64,000 nucleotides of DNA from Candidatus Bathyarchaeota archaeon (GTDB lineage Archaea; Thermoproteota; Bathyarchaeia; Bathyarchaeales; Bathycorpusculaceae), in assembly GCA_963775685.1 (NCBI GenBank), contig CAVZJV010000014.1:128001-192000 (forward strand), given 5' to 3'. Position 1 is the first letter of the stretch. Every line of letters begins with the position of its first letter. Below are positions 51,441 to 61,850 of the stretch, in pieces. A program made the position numbers and the translations under genes. The notes beneath the pieces were generated by a model. The model was not told where the DNA came from. It saw only the letters and a program-made list of their open reading frames with translations, and did not search any database.

Positions 51441-52220
51441 TTGACTTCACTAATAAGAAAAGTTAGAAGACGCGTATTAGTTTTGTTGGTTGTCTGGATA
51501 GTGTTGCTTTTGGTTGTGTTATCCTTTTTAGATTCTCTTTTAACCATATTTAACAACAATCCCGAAGGTCAAACTTTCGTAAGCCTAAGTTGGGCGGGAT
51601 ATTCAGTTTCGCAAAGTTTCAACTCACAACGTAAAGTTACCGGTATCTCCGCTTCATGGACAGTGCCACAAGTTAACGCTTCAGGAATTGATGGTTTCTC
51701 TTCGGCTTGGATTGGAATCGGAGGTCAGAGCGATAAAACTTTGATTCAAGTGGGGACGGAACAGGATTCAGCAGGCGGACGAACGAGCTACTACGCTTGG
51801 TACGAAATGTTGCCTAACTTTTTAGTATCAATAAAAGAGCTAGCACTTTCTCCTGGAGACATCATAGATGCATCGCTTGCCTTGATTGATTCCAACGCAG
51901 ACGTGTGGAAAATAAAATTAAGCGATACAACAAAAGGGCAAACCTTCACTTTAGACGTTAATTACAAATCTTCGCTTGCTTCGGGCGAATGGATAGTGGA
52001 AAGACCCAGTATAAACAACCATATTAGCACTTTATGTGATTTTGGGAAAGTCCCCTTCAGCAACTGCCAGATAAGCCTAAACAATATTGAAGGCCCTATT
52101 GACAACTTTACGTATTCTAAAATACAAATGACAAACCAAGCGGCTCACCCTTTAGCTTCGGTCTCAATCCTTAATTCAGAAAACTCAAGCTTCACAATCA
52201 ACTATGTAGCGGATAGCTGA
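51441..52220 (+). CDS. Membrane-anchored glutamic peptidase family G1 (eqolisin/Peptidase_A4)
   Basis: WAGY, WTVP, WIGIGG, LIQVGT (catalytic Q), AWYE and EWIVERP (catalytic E); N-terminal TM. Confidence 0.88.
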   Translation: MTSLIRKVRRRVLVLLVVWIVLLLVVLSFLDSLLTIFNNNPEGQTFVSLSWAGYSVSQSFNSQRKVTGISASWTVPQVNASGIDGFSSAWIGIGGQSDKTLIQVGTEQDSAGGRTSYYAWYEMLPNFLVSIKELALSPGDIIDASLALIDSNADVWKIKLSDTTKGQTFTLDVNYKSSLASGEWIVERPSINNHISTLCDFGKVPFSNCQISLNNIEGPIDNFTYSKIQMTNQAAHPLASVSILNSENSSFTINYVADS

Positions 52221-52229
52221 AAAAACAGG

Positions 52230-52751
52230 CTATTGGTCATCAGACATAGCCGCTGAAAGAGCCTCGGAGCTTTTCTGTATTTCTTTAGTAACAGTTGAAA
52301 GCAATTTAATACGGTTCTCTAGTTTGCGTTTTTGCATGCTGGTCAAACTCTTAAATTTAGGCAAAACGTCGCTTACAACTGTCATCATAAGGTCTCTGTT
52401 TTTTTCTTCACTTAAGTCTTTGAGTTCAACATGGTTGTCAACAAACTGAAGCACTAGGTGCCCTGTTGGGTCAACATGGGCTTGAACTACATCGCCAACT
52501 TGAGTAGGAAGAGCCAGTTGATTCACCGCTATCGAAGGCGCTAGAGGCTGCATTAGTTTAAAGAGGGATTTGAAGAATTGGGTAACCAAGATCTTTTCTT
52601 CCGAGCCCAGCTCGCTTATTTGGCCGATGTCGTCTGCCGTGCTTTTTAAAGATTCCACAAGCTCCTGAACTGAAATCTGCTTTTTCTTTTCAGCTTGAGC
52701 TGAAGCAGCTATTTCTGCGGGCTCGGGTTTAATTACGGCTTCTTGAGTCAA
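52230..52751 (-). CDS. Hypothetical alpha-helical/coiled-coil protein
   Basis: 173-aa intact ORF with TTG start. Confidence 0.65.
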   Translation of the reverse strand: MTQEAVIKPEPAEIAASAQAEKKKQISVQELVESLKSTADDIGQISELGSEEKILVTQFFKSLFKLMQPLAPSIAVNQLALPTQVGDVVQAHVDPTGHLVLQFVDNHVELKDLSEEKNRDLMMTVVSDVLPKFKSLTSMQKRKLENRIKLLSTVTKEIQKSSEALSAAMSDDQ

Positions 52752-52959
52752 AGTTGATCGAATCTTGGTACCATTTTTAGGAGTAAAAGGTTTTGCATGT
52801 CACAAAAGCTACACACAAAAATTAGATTAAATAACTAACAAATATTACGATTTATACGGTTGAGAGCAAAAATAATTTAGAAAAAGGAGGAGAAAATCGA
52901 TTTTTCTAATTTTTATTTTCTAAGAAATTGTTGAGCAGCTTTGTTCTTGGTCTACGAAT

Positions 52960-53460
52960 TCTTGGAGGTTCATTTTTGATTTTTTCAATAGGCCACAGCA
53001 AGTGGCGTTTCTTCTGTGACGGCAGCATTTGAATTTTTTCCATCGATTTCAGCGTTGTTCAAAATTTCTTTTGCTTCGACGACCACATTCGTAGTGACTT
53101 GTTCGGCAATTGCAGAAAAATTTTTGGATATTTCAGCCTTGCTGTGATGATGCTGTTTGCCTTAAATTGCTGATCAGACTTCTTCAGAGGCAGATGAGCT
53201 TTCTTCAGCAGCGCTGGCTACTTTCTCAATAGGTTTAGCGACTGAGATTAATGCGTCAAGTTTCCGGTCAACGCCTGTGGCAAGATTTTGTTAACTTTAT
53301 CAGTCATTTCACCCATTATTTAAGCTATTTTTCTTCAGATTCTTTTATTGCTCCTAACTACATTTACTACCTTCTGCTGCACCTGCATGTGATTGCTGTG
53401 TAATTTCTTGTTTGCGTGTCAAGCTTCTTTAATTTATTTCAAAGGTTATGGCGGATCCCG
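52960..53460 (-). pseudogene. Decayed MCP C-terminal remnant
   Basis: Minus frame reads IEKVASAAEESSSASEEV*SAI*, a methylation-helix motif homologous to the 31.6-kb MCP, with in-frame stops. Boundaries are approximate. Confidence 0.65.
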
Positions 53461-53729
53461 CAGCCGTTTTCTCCTTTAAGTCGAAAGTAAATCGCGGTTA
53501 AAGGTGAGTAATGTAAATTATAAAACTGAGAAATCAAATGGGATCAACTGTGCAATTTTAGGTACTTCCATCGAAATTGGTTACTGAAGAACTTCGGATA
53601 GTGAGGTGGCTGCGTGACCTACAACGGTGCTTTCCAGTTCAATGAAGTATGCCTAAATCGATTTATCGGTTACATAAAGAAGGATTAATATTGTCTATGT
53701 TGATTTTTTGGAGAGTTTCATCAATTTGT

Positions 53730-54377
53730 TGGTCATGGTTTCCTTAATTTCTCCATTGAAGGGTTGGACAAGTGTTGTTCCTGAATTAACGTTACCTTGA
53801 ATGTTACTCTTTCCCCATAGTTTCCCCTACATCTTCGTCTATGAGCCTTATTTTGTGCTGAGTCAAAACAGCTCAAGTGCCTGAACGATTTAGGAGCCTA
53901 TGTCTATAAGCGTTGGCGAAACGCTTGTTGTGAGAAACATTTTGGTGTCGCCTGAGATTTTGGCTGAACGGCGAGTTTCCAAGCCAGTTATTTCTGTTAT
54001 TGCTTTTTTCAGGGCTGGAACTGCTGCGGGCGAATTTTGATGGAAGAGGTTTTTTTGGTCCATGGCTAGAGGTGTGGAAGCAATAATGTGAGCTAACACC
54101 CCCACATCTATGTATAGAATCATACACGCATATGCTAAGCATGATCCAAACATTTGTTGATAGCTCAAACAGGTTTGCTTTTCCACCTTCATTGCTGCCA
54201 TGTCCACTCGAACCACTTCCACTTGGGGATATGTGTGAGCATCTGATGTATGATAGGCTCTAACTGTTGGTAAGGAACTGCAGATTTCTCCATGCTCGGC
54301 ATGCTGTTTTGTATTCGTTGCCTACTTTTGGTTGGAGCAAATAGGTTTTCCTCAGTAGCAATTTGTGAGTACTTCAA
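53730..54377 (-). pseudogene. Decayed CheC/CheX-like remnant
   Basis: Fragmented ORFs (KKAITEITG..., VSPT) between the CheY and MCP remnants; identity tentative. Confidence 0.35.
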
Positions 54378-54383
54378 TTATTT

Positions 54384-54718
54384 TTAAGGTTGGAAAGGTT
54401 TTACCACGAAATCTTTGCACCCGATTTGATGACTTCAGCTATCAGTGCTTCCTGTCTCTTTGAACTGTGCATCACCCTCTTTGTAGCTAGGTTGGCTGTG
54501 ACGATTTGTTTTTGGTGCTTCGATGTCATCTTTACCTTTGGTCCAAGAGATATTTTATCTCCAATTAGGGCAAGGTCGGGTTGCGATTGGTGAAACTGTG
54601 CTATCGCGTCGTCGCCGTTTGTTGCTTTAGCAATTACTTCATGACCTGCTTGCAGCACGATTTTCTTGAATACTGCTCGCATGAACGAAGCGTTTTCAAC
54701 TATCATTATGGGGCCCAT
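54384..54718 (-). pseudogene. cheY: Decayed CheY response regulator
   Basis: IMIVENASFMR...AGHEVI..A.NG..AI......PDL (acidic pocket DD replaced by EN, phospho-acceptor region scrambled); the C-terminal DFVVKPFQP is in another frame. Confidence 0.75.
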
Positions 54719-55056
54719 TTTTTTTGTCTCTTGAAAGCTTGCGACATAATGTAAAAGCGTTCTGTAGACGCGTTAATGTACCACTGTGGAGTATAATAGC
54801 TAACTATTCGGTGTAAATGCGCGTTTTGATCGTTGATAGGGCGTTTTTGGAATTGTATGAGTAGCATTTGTTTGGCTTGTGGCTGATCATTATTTTGTGT
54901 ATGGAGTAATAATCAATAATACTTAATTAGCAAGTCCACGCACTCTAAAGCCTCAGAGGAGGCGCCAATACGAGCTACGGTCACCAGGGAATAAAAGAAA
55001 AAGAGGCAGCAAGTAGAATCCAAGAGGTATCCTCCCTAAAACAAGACAAATTCAAA

Positions 55057-55995
55057 GTGACAGTATCGCTTGACAAAGAACGCCCTATGTCTACCTCACC
55101 GTTATACAACAAATACAACATACAACGCTACGACCTTCACCCAAACTTCAGCTTCGCGCACCTGGACGAAATGATACCTAAAGGTACACCAGAATACCTT
55201 GATCATGGACTAAATTATGTGGAACGTATCGTACGTGCTCTTTTCTATTTTAAGCAATGCAGTTTGATTGGTCCTTCCGGCACCGGGAAAACTCACATAG
55301 TTTACCTTGTTGCTGAGTTGACTGGTTTGCCTATTTGGGAAGTTAACTGTGGTTTATCTACGTCTTCTTTTGACTTAATCGGTCGATTTATCGGTCTCGG
55401 CAAAGAGAACTGGGTCGACGGCTTGTTGACGCAGTGGTTAAGGAAGGGAGGCATTATGTATCTTGACGAAGCTAACATGATGAAGCAGGATGTGGCAACC
55501 CGGCTCAACCCAGTGCTAGACACACGAGGCCACTTAGTGCTTAACGAAAAAGACAGCGAAGTCATAGAGCGCCACAAATACGGCTACATGATAATCAGCA
55601 TGAACCCTGCTACCGCCGAGTTCTCAGGCACAAAACCACTTAACGCTGCTATGCGGCGTAGAATGGCTGTTTGGATTAACTTTGACTTCCTTAGCGTCGG
55701 CGAAACTATCTCTCCTCATGAAGTGGAGATGTTGCGTAAAAGAACCAAAGTTAGCCAGGACGTGGCCTACCAAATTATTCAAGCTGGTGCTGAGTTGAGG
55801 CGACAGTACAAAGCCGGCGATTTGCCGTATGGTCCATCGCTAGGTGATTTGATTAATTGGGCTACTTTGGTTTTTGATGGCAACACACCGATGGATGCTG
55901 CGGAAGAAACCATCATTGGTCTGACAAGCGACAACGTTGAAGTTCAATCAGATGTGCGTAGAATTCTTGAGGCAGTGTTTAATAAGCCGCAGTAA
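55057..55995 (+). CDS. CbbQ/NirQ/NorQ-type MoxR AAA+ ATPase
   Basis: Walker A GPSGTGKT, DLIG, WVDG.L, Walker B YLDEAN, SMNP and LNAAMRRR. Confidence 0.9.
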   Translation: MTVSLDKERPMSTSPLYNKYNIQRYDLHPNFSFAHLDEMIPKGTPEYLDHGLNYVERIVRALFYFKQCSLIGPSGTGKTHIVYLVAELTGLPIWEVNCGLSTSSFDLIGRFIGLGKENWVDGLLTQWLRKGGIMYLDEANMMKQDVATRLNPVLDTRGHLVLNEKDSEVIERHKYGYMIISMNPATAEFSGTKPLNAAMRRRMAVWINFDFLSVGETISPHEVEMLRKRTKVSQDVAYQIIQAGAELRRQYKAGDLPYGPSLGDLINWATLVFDGNTPMDAAEETIIGLTSDNVEVQSDVRRILEAVFNKPQ

Positions 55996-56009
55996 CAGGA
56001 GCGGTTGCT

Positions 56010-57728
56010 TTGGGATTTATTGATTATGCTTGGATTGCTTCTCTGCAAAAAGACAACACTAAAGTTAAGATTCTACAAGACGAAACTTTAGAACAGCCTA
56101 TTTTGCTTGCCGATAACATTGGTTTTACCATCAAGCTTCCGATGGTTCAAATGTTAGACGAGGGGAAGAAGATACGGTATCTGGGACTCATGTTTACGGG
56201 TGATAGTGCGGGTAAGTCTAAGCTTGGACGAGTCTTTCGAGCATCAGTTATGCATCTAACTACGCATACTTTAGCGCCGTTTAGCAAAGACCGAATTGTT
56301 CCCAATCCCAACAATTCTATCGTGGAAACATATGCAAGATCATTAGTCAATGACGTGTACATCAACGCCTACATTCAAGCTTGGTATCCAGACAGGTTCT
56401 TTGACATATCTTACGCAAACTCGTTGGCATATCAAAAAATTAAGGCATCCGAGAGAATTTTTACACCTTCTACTAAACTTATGGCCGGTCTGCTTACCCA
56501 GCTAAACAATGGTGCAATTAAGGGTTCGCCTGGTGTAGATGAAGAGATGACCTTGAATCAGATCCACACTGATTTGTTAGCGCTTAAAGAACAATTTTTG
56601 ATGTCCATAGCCGGAGACGAAATGAAGCCAGATGAAGTTTTCGATGTAAAAGTGAAGGCGATAATTAGTTTGCTTGAGCCGTTTGGACCATTTTTGGAAG
56701 CACCATCGTTTAAACACACGGAAAATACAGGTCGATGTAGCATCTACAGTGATTTTGACACGTCGCAGGAGGATTTTGAGGGCTTGTTTGTTCAGTCGCT
56801 TATGGCTCTATGGGGGGACGTACCTTCTGTGGATCATATAGAGCAACTGTGGCGTCCTGAGCAAGAGGCAGAAGCTCTTCAAGCGTTCAATTCGGAGCAC
56901 TACCAAAAGCAAAGGGAAGAAAAGATTCTTGCTAAAATGCAACCGTATCTTGGATTTACCCGTTTTAAATCTGTTTCTTTTCCCGAAGAAGACTACACGC
57001 AGTATCTTCGGGCAAGGAGTTTGGTTCAAGGAGCAAGTCGGCGTCTTTTGGATATATTACGTTCTGCCTATAACTATCTTGATGAGGATCCACGCCAAGA
57101 GATGGGACAACTTGATTTGGCGGCAGTTATTCAGTCGTTGGCAGCCAACAAGCCTGCGACAGATGTATTTAATTTGGATGAGTATTTGCAGCCCAGTTTT
57201 GCATGGTCTTTGATTTTTGATGTTAGTAACAGTATGCAGGTGAGAGGTGAATATGGGCGTGCTTTGGCTATCGCGGTGGCTGAAGCAGCCAAAGAACTGA
57301 TGATGGATGCTACTTCTTGGTCTTTTTTTGCTTTCAGTGATAAACTCTATATCCTCAAAGACAGCTCAGAATCTTACTCTAAACGTGTAAAATCAAGAAT
57401 CGGCGGACTGCGGTTCAAAGGGCTCACCTACATTCCAGACGCGATAACGATTGGTGGAAAAATGTTGGCAAAACGATTTGAGGAGCAGCGGGTTTTGATT
57501 GTTATTTCTGATGGTTGGCCTTATGGTTACCCAAACATGCCAATAGCGTTAAAAGAATGTGTTGATGATTTGATCCGAAAAAACGTAATAGTAATTGGGA
57601 TTGGCGTGGAAACAAGCAGGATGGGCAATTTCTTTAATCTGCACAGCTCAATTTACACCCAAAAAGACCTCATTAACAAATTCGGCTCTGTATATTCTAA
57701 TGCTTCGGCAAAAGCGCTTGAGACTTAG
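56010..57728 (+). CDS. CbbO/NorD-like vWA (MIDAS) adaptor protein
   Basis: GQLDL..VI, C-terminal vWA with DVSNS, GLT and ISDGWP; 14 bp after the AAA gene with SD GGAG. Confidence 0.85.
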   Translation: MGFIDYAWIASLQKDNTKVKILQDETLEQPILLADNIGFTIKLPMVQMLDEGKKIRYLGLMFTGDSAGKSKLGRVFRASVMHLTTHTLAPFSKDRIVPNPNNSIVETYARSLVNDVYINAYIQAWYPDRFFDISYANSLAYQKIKASERIFTPSTKLMAGLLTQLNNGAIKGSPGVDEEMTLNQIHTDLLALKEQFLMSIAGDEMKPDEVFDVKVKAIISLLEPFGPFLEAPSFKHTENTGRCSIYSDFDTSQEDFEGLFVQSLMALWGDVPSVDHIEQLWRPEQEAEALQAFNSEHYQKQREEKILAKMQPYLGFTRFKSVSFPEEDYTQYLRARSLVQGASRRLLDILRSAYNYLDEDPRQEMGQLDLAAVIQSLAANKPATDVFNLDEYLQPSFAWSLIFDVSNSMQVRGEYGRALAIAVAEAAKELMMDATSWSFFAFSDKLYILKDSSESYSKRVKSRIGGLRFKGLTYIPDAITIGGKMLAKRFEEQRVLIVISDGWPYGYPNMPIALKECVDDLIRKNVIVIGIGVETSRMGNFFNLHSSIYTQKDLINKFGSVYSNASAKALET

Positions 57729-58342
57729 AATTAGGATAATTGCATTATTTTTATATAGTGGCTCAATGGGAGCCTGCGGTATCTTGGGTGGGTGAGGTGA
57801 ACCACAAAAAACAATGGTGGAGAAAGAATTTTGCCTAAAGTTACCTGAGCTGGCATACCCGAATGCACTCTATCACCATAGTATCTCCAAATTAGCTTTA
57901 TTTTTGCAACAATCGCCGTTCTCGAGATTCTAATTATTGAATAGTCAATAATTATTACTGCGATGACCCTAAAATGAGCCCACTTTAGAGAAATCACATA
58001 AACCTTTCAGCAAAAAGGCTTTAAACATAATTTTTGACTTTGATTCACCATAATAATTAATTGTGGGTTAAAAGAACAACATCACTTGGAATTGCATAAT
58101 GGAAGCTCGTTTTGGGGTGCTTTTTTGTTTTGGGGGGTTTTGGTGTTTACAGGTTGCCTCTGGATAAGTCATATAACGTCCTATAACGTCACAAAAAGGC
58201 AAATTGTTTTAGTTTCTTTCAACAGAGCGAGAGACAAGGAGTGTCTCTCTATTAGTGCTGACCCCTTTCCATAATATAGGAAAAATATGGGTTTGAGGAA
58301 ACTTTATTGCCCTCGCTTGCTAACAAATATTGGAGACGAAAT

Positions 58343-58582
58343 ATGTTTTGTCCTTCTTGTGGTAAACAAAATAAGGATGGCACTTTATTTTGCGAATATT
58401 GTGGAAAATCCATGCAGAAAAACGCTCGCACTCCTCCCGCAACTCAAAGTTCCAAAAAAGCCCCAAACGCCGGTTTGTCATACAACGCCAAAAGGGGTAT
58501 ACTTACGGGAATTTTCATAATTGGGTTAGTCATAGTTGTTCTACTGATTTATTACCCAAACTTATTTCCATGGAACTGGTAA
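58343..58582 (+). CDS. Zinc-ribbon protein with a C-terminal TM helix
   Basis: MFCPSCGKQN..GTLFCEYCG; SD GGAG before ATG 58343; hydrophobic C-terminus. Confidence 0.8.
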   Translation: MFCPSCGKQNKDGTLFCEYCGKSMQKNARTPPATQSSKKAPNAGLSYNAKRGILTGIFIIGLVIVVLLIYYPNLFPWNW

Positions 58583-58778
58583 ATCCCAAATTTTAGACCC
58601 TGATATTTCCAGCATTCGTGTATTTGAATTAATAATGTACTAAACGTTCTAAAGCTCGCCTTTAATCGGAGGACTTATGTTTTTTAACCCTTATGCAAAA
58701 TTTTGGCATGTAGGCCTTCTTCCGGTATGGTAATGTTTTAATTGTTAGTGGCTTCTAACCAGTAAACAGGTCTCCAAA

Positions 58779-60554
58779 TTGAGTAATGAAGCTAAATGTT
58801 CCAAACCACAGTGCGATAAGTTTGTTGCCATTAATGAGTTAGCTAAGCGTAGAGGTTTTTTTTGGTCGTCGTTTGAGATTTATGGTGGAAGTGGCGGCTT
58901 TGTCACTTATGGTCCCTTGGGCACACGGCTAAAGCAAAATGTTGAAGCTAAGCTCAGGGAGCTTTTTGTTAAGAAGATTGGGATTTACGAGATGGAATCC
59001 TCGGTTATTGCGCCGGGAAAAGTTTTTGAGGCTTCAGGTCACGTTGACCACTTCAAGGAGCCGATGGTTGAGTGCCAAAACTGCCACCAACGCTTCCGAG
59101 CTGACCATTTGCTCGAGGAAAAAGGCATAAGTTCCGCTGAAGCAGAGAAAATGACGTTTGAAGAGGTGGCACAAGAGCTTGAGCGGCATGGGGTTGTTTG
59201 TCCTGACTGCGGTGGTAAATTCGGCGAGCCACAACGATATTTAACCATGTTCCAAACCACTATAGGACCATACTCTGGTTCCGTTGGTTATGGTAGACCC
59301 GAAGCTGCACAGAACATCTTTGTTGAATTTAACAGGTTATTCACTACTGCAAGGGAACGATTACCCTTTGGTGCTATTCAAATAGGGCATGCGTTACGTA
59401 ACGAGATTTCGCCGCGCCAAGGATTAATCCGTTTACGTGAGTTCACAATTGCTGATTTAGAGTTCTTCTTTGACCCAGAAGAGCCATGTTGCGATAAGCT
59501 AGCTGAAGTAGAAAACGATGTTTTGCCTATTCTTTTATGCGAGACAAGGCTCAAAGAGTGCCAAGAAACTACTGACTTAACCGTCCGCCAAGCCTTAGAC
59601 CAAAAAGTAATCCGTTCCGAGTGGCAAGCGTTCTTCATGGCAATGGCAAAACGCCTACTCACAGAACTGGGTGTACCTGCAAGCAAACAACGTTTCATTG
59701 AAAAACTCACTTGGGAAAAAGCTCACTACAGTACTCAAAGTTTTGACCAAGAGGTGCTTGTTGACCGTTGGGGGTGGGTAGAGGTTTCTGGGCACGCTTA
59801 CCGCACTGACTTCGATTTGTCTTGTCACATGAAAGCCAGCGGTGTAGATATGACAGTTTACAAAGAATACGCTTTTCCTGTGGAGAAGGAGGAGCTTATA
59901 ATAAAGCCGATTATGGCTAAGATCGGGCCAGTCTACAAGGGAGATGCGGGAAAAGTCGCTACGGCACTTGCCATGGTTCCTGCTCAAGAAGTTGCAGATG
60001 AAATGGCGAAGAAAGGCAGTTATATGGCGGGCAATTATCAGGTTTTTCCTGAACAGGTGGATATTAGCCGCCAGAAAACCATTGTTCGTGGAACACGATT
60101 CGTGCCACACGTTGTGGAACCTAGCTTTGGCTCAGACAGATTGTTCTATGTAGCTTTAGAATACGCGTACAACTTGAAGGATGACCGCGTTGTTCTTAGT
60201 TTCCCACGAAGCATTGCACCCATCCAAGTTGGCGTGTATCCGTTGATGGGCAAAGATGGCTTAGACACTAAAGCCAAAGAAGTGCAGAAGATATTGACAT
60301 GTGATGGCTTTATGACTGAATATGATGAGACAGGCTCAATTGGCAGACGGTATGCAAGAGCTGACGAAGCAGGTGTCCAACTTGGCATAACCATCGACTA
60401 CGACACCTTAAACGACGATACAGTCACTATCCGCGACCGAGATAGTTGGCAGCAAATCCGAATCACAATCAAGGATTTACCTGAGCAATTGCATATATAC
60501 TTCGAAGGAAAACTAAACTTTGAACAATTGGGCAGCATTATCAAGGTTAAGTAG
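58779..60554 (+). CDS. glyS: Glycine--tRNA ligase (alpha2, archaeal/eukaryotic type)
   Basis: RRGF..SFEIYGG, SGHVDHF, RPEAAQ, RNEISPRQGL.RLREF, VEPSFG.DR and SIGRRY.RADE motifs. Confidence 0.97.
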   Translation: MSNEAKCSKPQCDKFVAINELAKRRGFFWSSFEIYGGSGGFVTYGPLGTRLKQNVEAKLRELFVKKIGIYEMESSVIAPGKVFEASGHVDHFKEPMVECQNCHQRFRADHLLEEKGISSAEAEKMTFEEVAQELERHGVVCPDCGGKFGEPQRYLTMFQTTIGPYSGSVGYGRPEAAQNIFVEFNRLFTTARERLPFGAIQIGHALRNEISPRQGLIRLREFTIADLEFFFDPEEPCCDKLAEVENDVLPILLCETRLKECQETTDLTVRQALDQKVIRSEWQAFFMAMAKRLLTELGVPASKQRFIEKLTWEKAHYSTQSFDQEVLVDRWGWVEVSGHAYRTDFDLSCHMKASGVDMTVYKEYAFPVEKEELIIKPIMAKIGPVYKGDAGKVATALAMVPAQEVADEMAKKGSYMAGNYQVFPEQVDISRQKTIVRGTRFVPHVVEPSFGSDRLFYVALEYAYNLKDDRVVLSFPRSIAPIQVGVYPLMGKDGLDTKAKEVQKILTCDGFMTEYDETGSIGRRYARADEAGVQLGITIDYDTLNDDTVTIRDRDSWQQIRITIKDLPEQLHIYFEGKLNFEQLGSIIKVK

Positions 60555-60610
60555 CTAGCTTTTTTAATGTACATACAAATAGTAACATTATAAATCAGCG
60601 AAGGGTATGG

Positions 60611-61282
60611 ATGGGGAAAGGTTTGGTACTTCCAGCAGAAACTGAAGAGCGCGTGAAGCGTCGAGCGTTAAATGCTTGTCAAGATAACTTACGTAAGGTT
60701 GTTGATGTTTCAAGAAAAATCCCGCAGCTTGTCGATTTTTTTGCGAGCGGAGACAAAGAAAACGCCCGAAAACTGTTTAGCGAAATCAAGACCGGCGAGG
60801 AGGAAGTTATCAAGGCAAGACGTATGGTGTCTCAGGAACTTGCAGAGATCGGTGCTATCTTGATAGCCCGAGAGGACTTCCTTAGGTTTACTAACTTGTC
60901 TAGTGAAATAGCTGACTTTTCTGAAGGAATCGCTTACTACCTTGTCGAAATTATGGAGCATAACTGGATCATATCCCCTGAAGTCAAAAAAGACCTTCTG
61001 AAACTCTCCCTTGCAGTGCTTGACTCAGTACTTAAACTCCGCGAAACCATGATGGTGCTAAACTATGGTCCCCAAAAAACTCTCGAACGTGCTAAGGATG
61101 TCGAAATTGCTGAGCGCATTGTTGACGACCTGTACCGTGCATTGACAATAAAAGTGTTAAATAGCAAATTCGAGGTACCAGTGCTTTTGCTCCTAAGAGA
61201 TGTTCTGCAGCTTTTGGAGAACTCCGCTGATAAAGCCGAAGATGCAGCTGACGCCGCACGAACCATCTCATTCATCATGTAG
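60611..61282 (+). CDS. DUF47/PhoU-like protein
   Basis: Two helical repeats: REDFLR...IAD and E...D...LE..ADKAEDAAD. Confidence 0.85.
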   Translation: MGKGLVLPAETEERVKRRALNACQDNLRKVVDVSRKIPQLVDFFASGDKENARKLFSEIKTGEEEVIKARRMVSQELAEIGAILIAREDFLRFTNLSSEIADFSEGIAYYLVEIMEHNWIISPEVKKDLLKLSLAVLDSVLKLRETMMVLNYGPQKTLERAKDVEIAERIVDDLYRALTIKVLNSKFEVPVLLLLRDVLQLLENSADKAEDAADAARTISFIM

Positions 61283-61295
61283 CCAGAGCGAGACG

Positions 61296-61850
61296 ATGCT
61301 GAAAACAAAGGTTGAACTCATCGAAAACTTTCTTGTTGTTTGGGACTCCACGGAAGGTTCCCAACTATACAAAACCGCCTACTATGGCAAACCCATCGGC
61401 ATCCCCAAGCCAAAGGTTCCCGAGTTTGATGTCCCACTTATTTTGGATTTGATGGAGGGCCTCTATCTTGTCGAGGATGAAAAAATTGAGGTCTACGAAA
61501 ACCCAGGTGACACCAAGGTTAGTCTTCGAAAGTTGCGTCAGAAAGCTAAGCAGCTATACGATGGATTTGAGGAAAAGTATGCTGTTTATCATGACCTGCG
61601 CGACAGCGGATTAATTGTTACGCCGGGAATCAAGTTCGGATGCGACTTTGCCGTCTACAAGTACGGTCCAGGCGTAGAACATGCACCCTACATGGTAACT
61701 GTTAAAAGAGCCGGCTCAGACATATCCGCCACCGAAATCGTCAAAAATGGCAGGTTAGCCACTACTGTGCGTAAACGTTTCATAATTGCCGTGCCCGACT
61801 TGGCTTCAAAAGATATAAAGTACTTGATTTTCAAATGGTTTAAAGCTTAG
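61296..61850 (+). CDS. endA: tRNA-intron endonuclease, catalytic alpha subunit
   Basis: L.L.L.EGLYL, VY.DLR..G, GIKFGCDFAVY, EHA and VRK (Y/H/K triad); start at ATG 61296 after the DUF47 stop. Confidence 0.95.
   Translation: MLKTKVELIENFLVVWDSTEGSQLYKTAYYGKPIGIPKPKVPEFDVPLILDLMEGLYLVEDEKIEVYENPGDTKVSLRKLRQKAKQLYDGFEEKYAVYHDLRDSGLIVTPGIKFGCDFAVYKYGPGVEHAPYMVTVKRAGSDISATEIVKNGRLATTVRKRFIIAVPDLASKDIKYLIFKWFKA

Noticed and set aside
54946-55056. Riboswitch-like leader (GCCTC-agag-GAGGC) upstream of the AAA+ gene
   Set aside because: No match to riboswitch consensus sequences I know; most of the region reads as an in-frame N-terminal extension of the ATPase.
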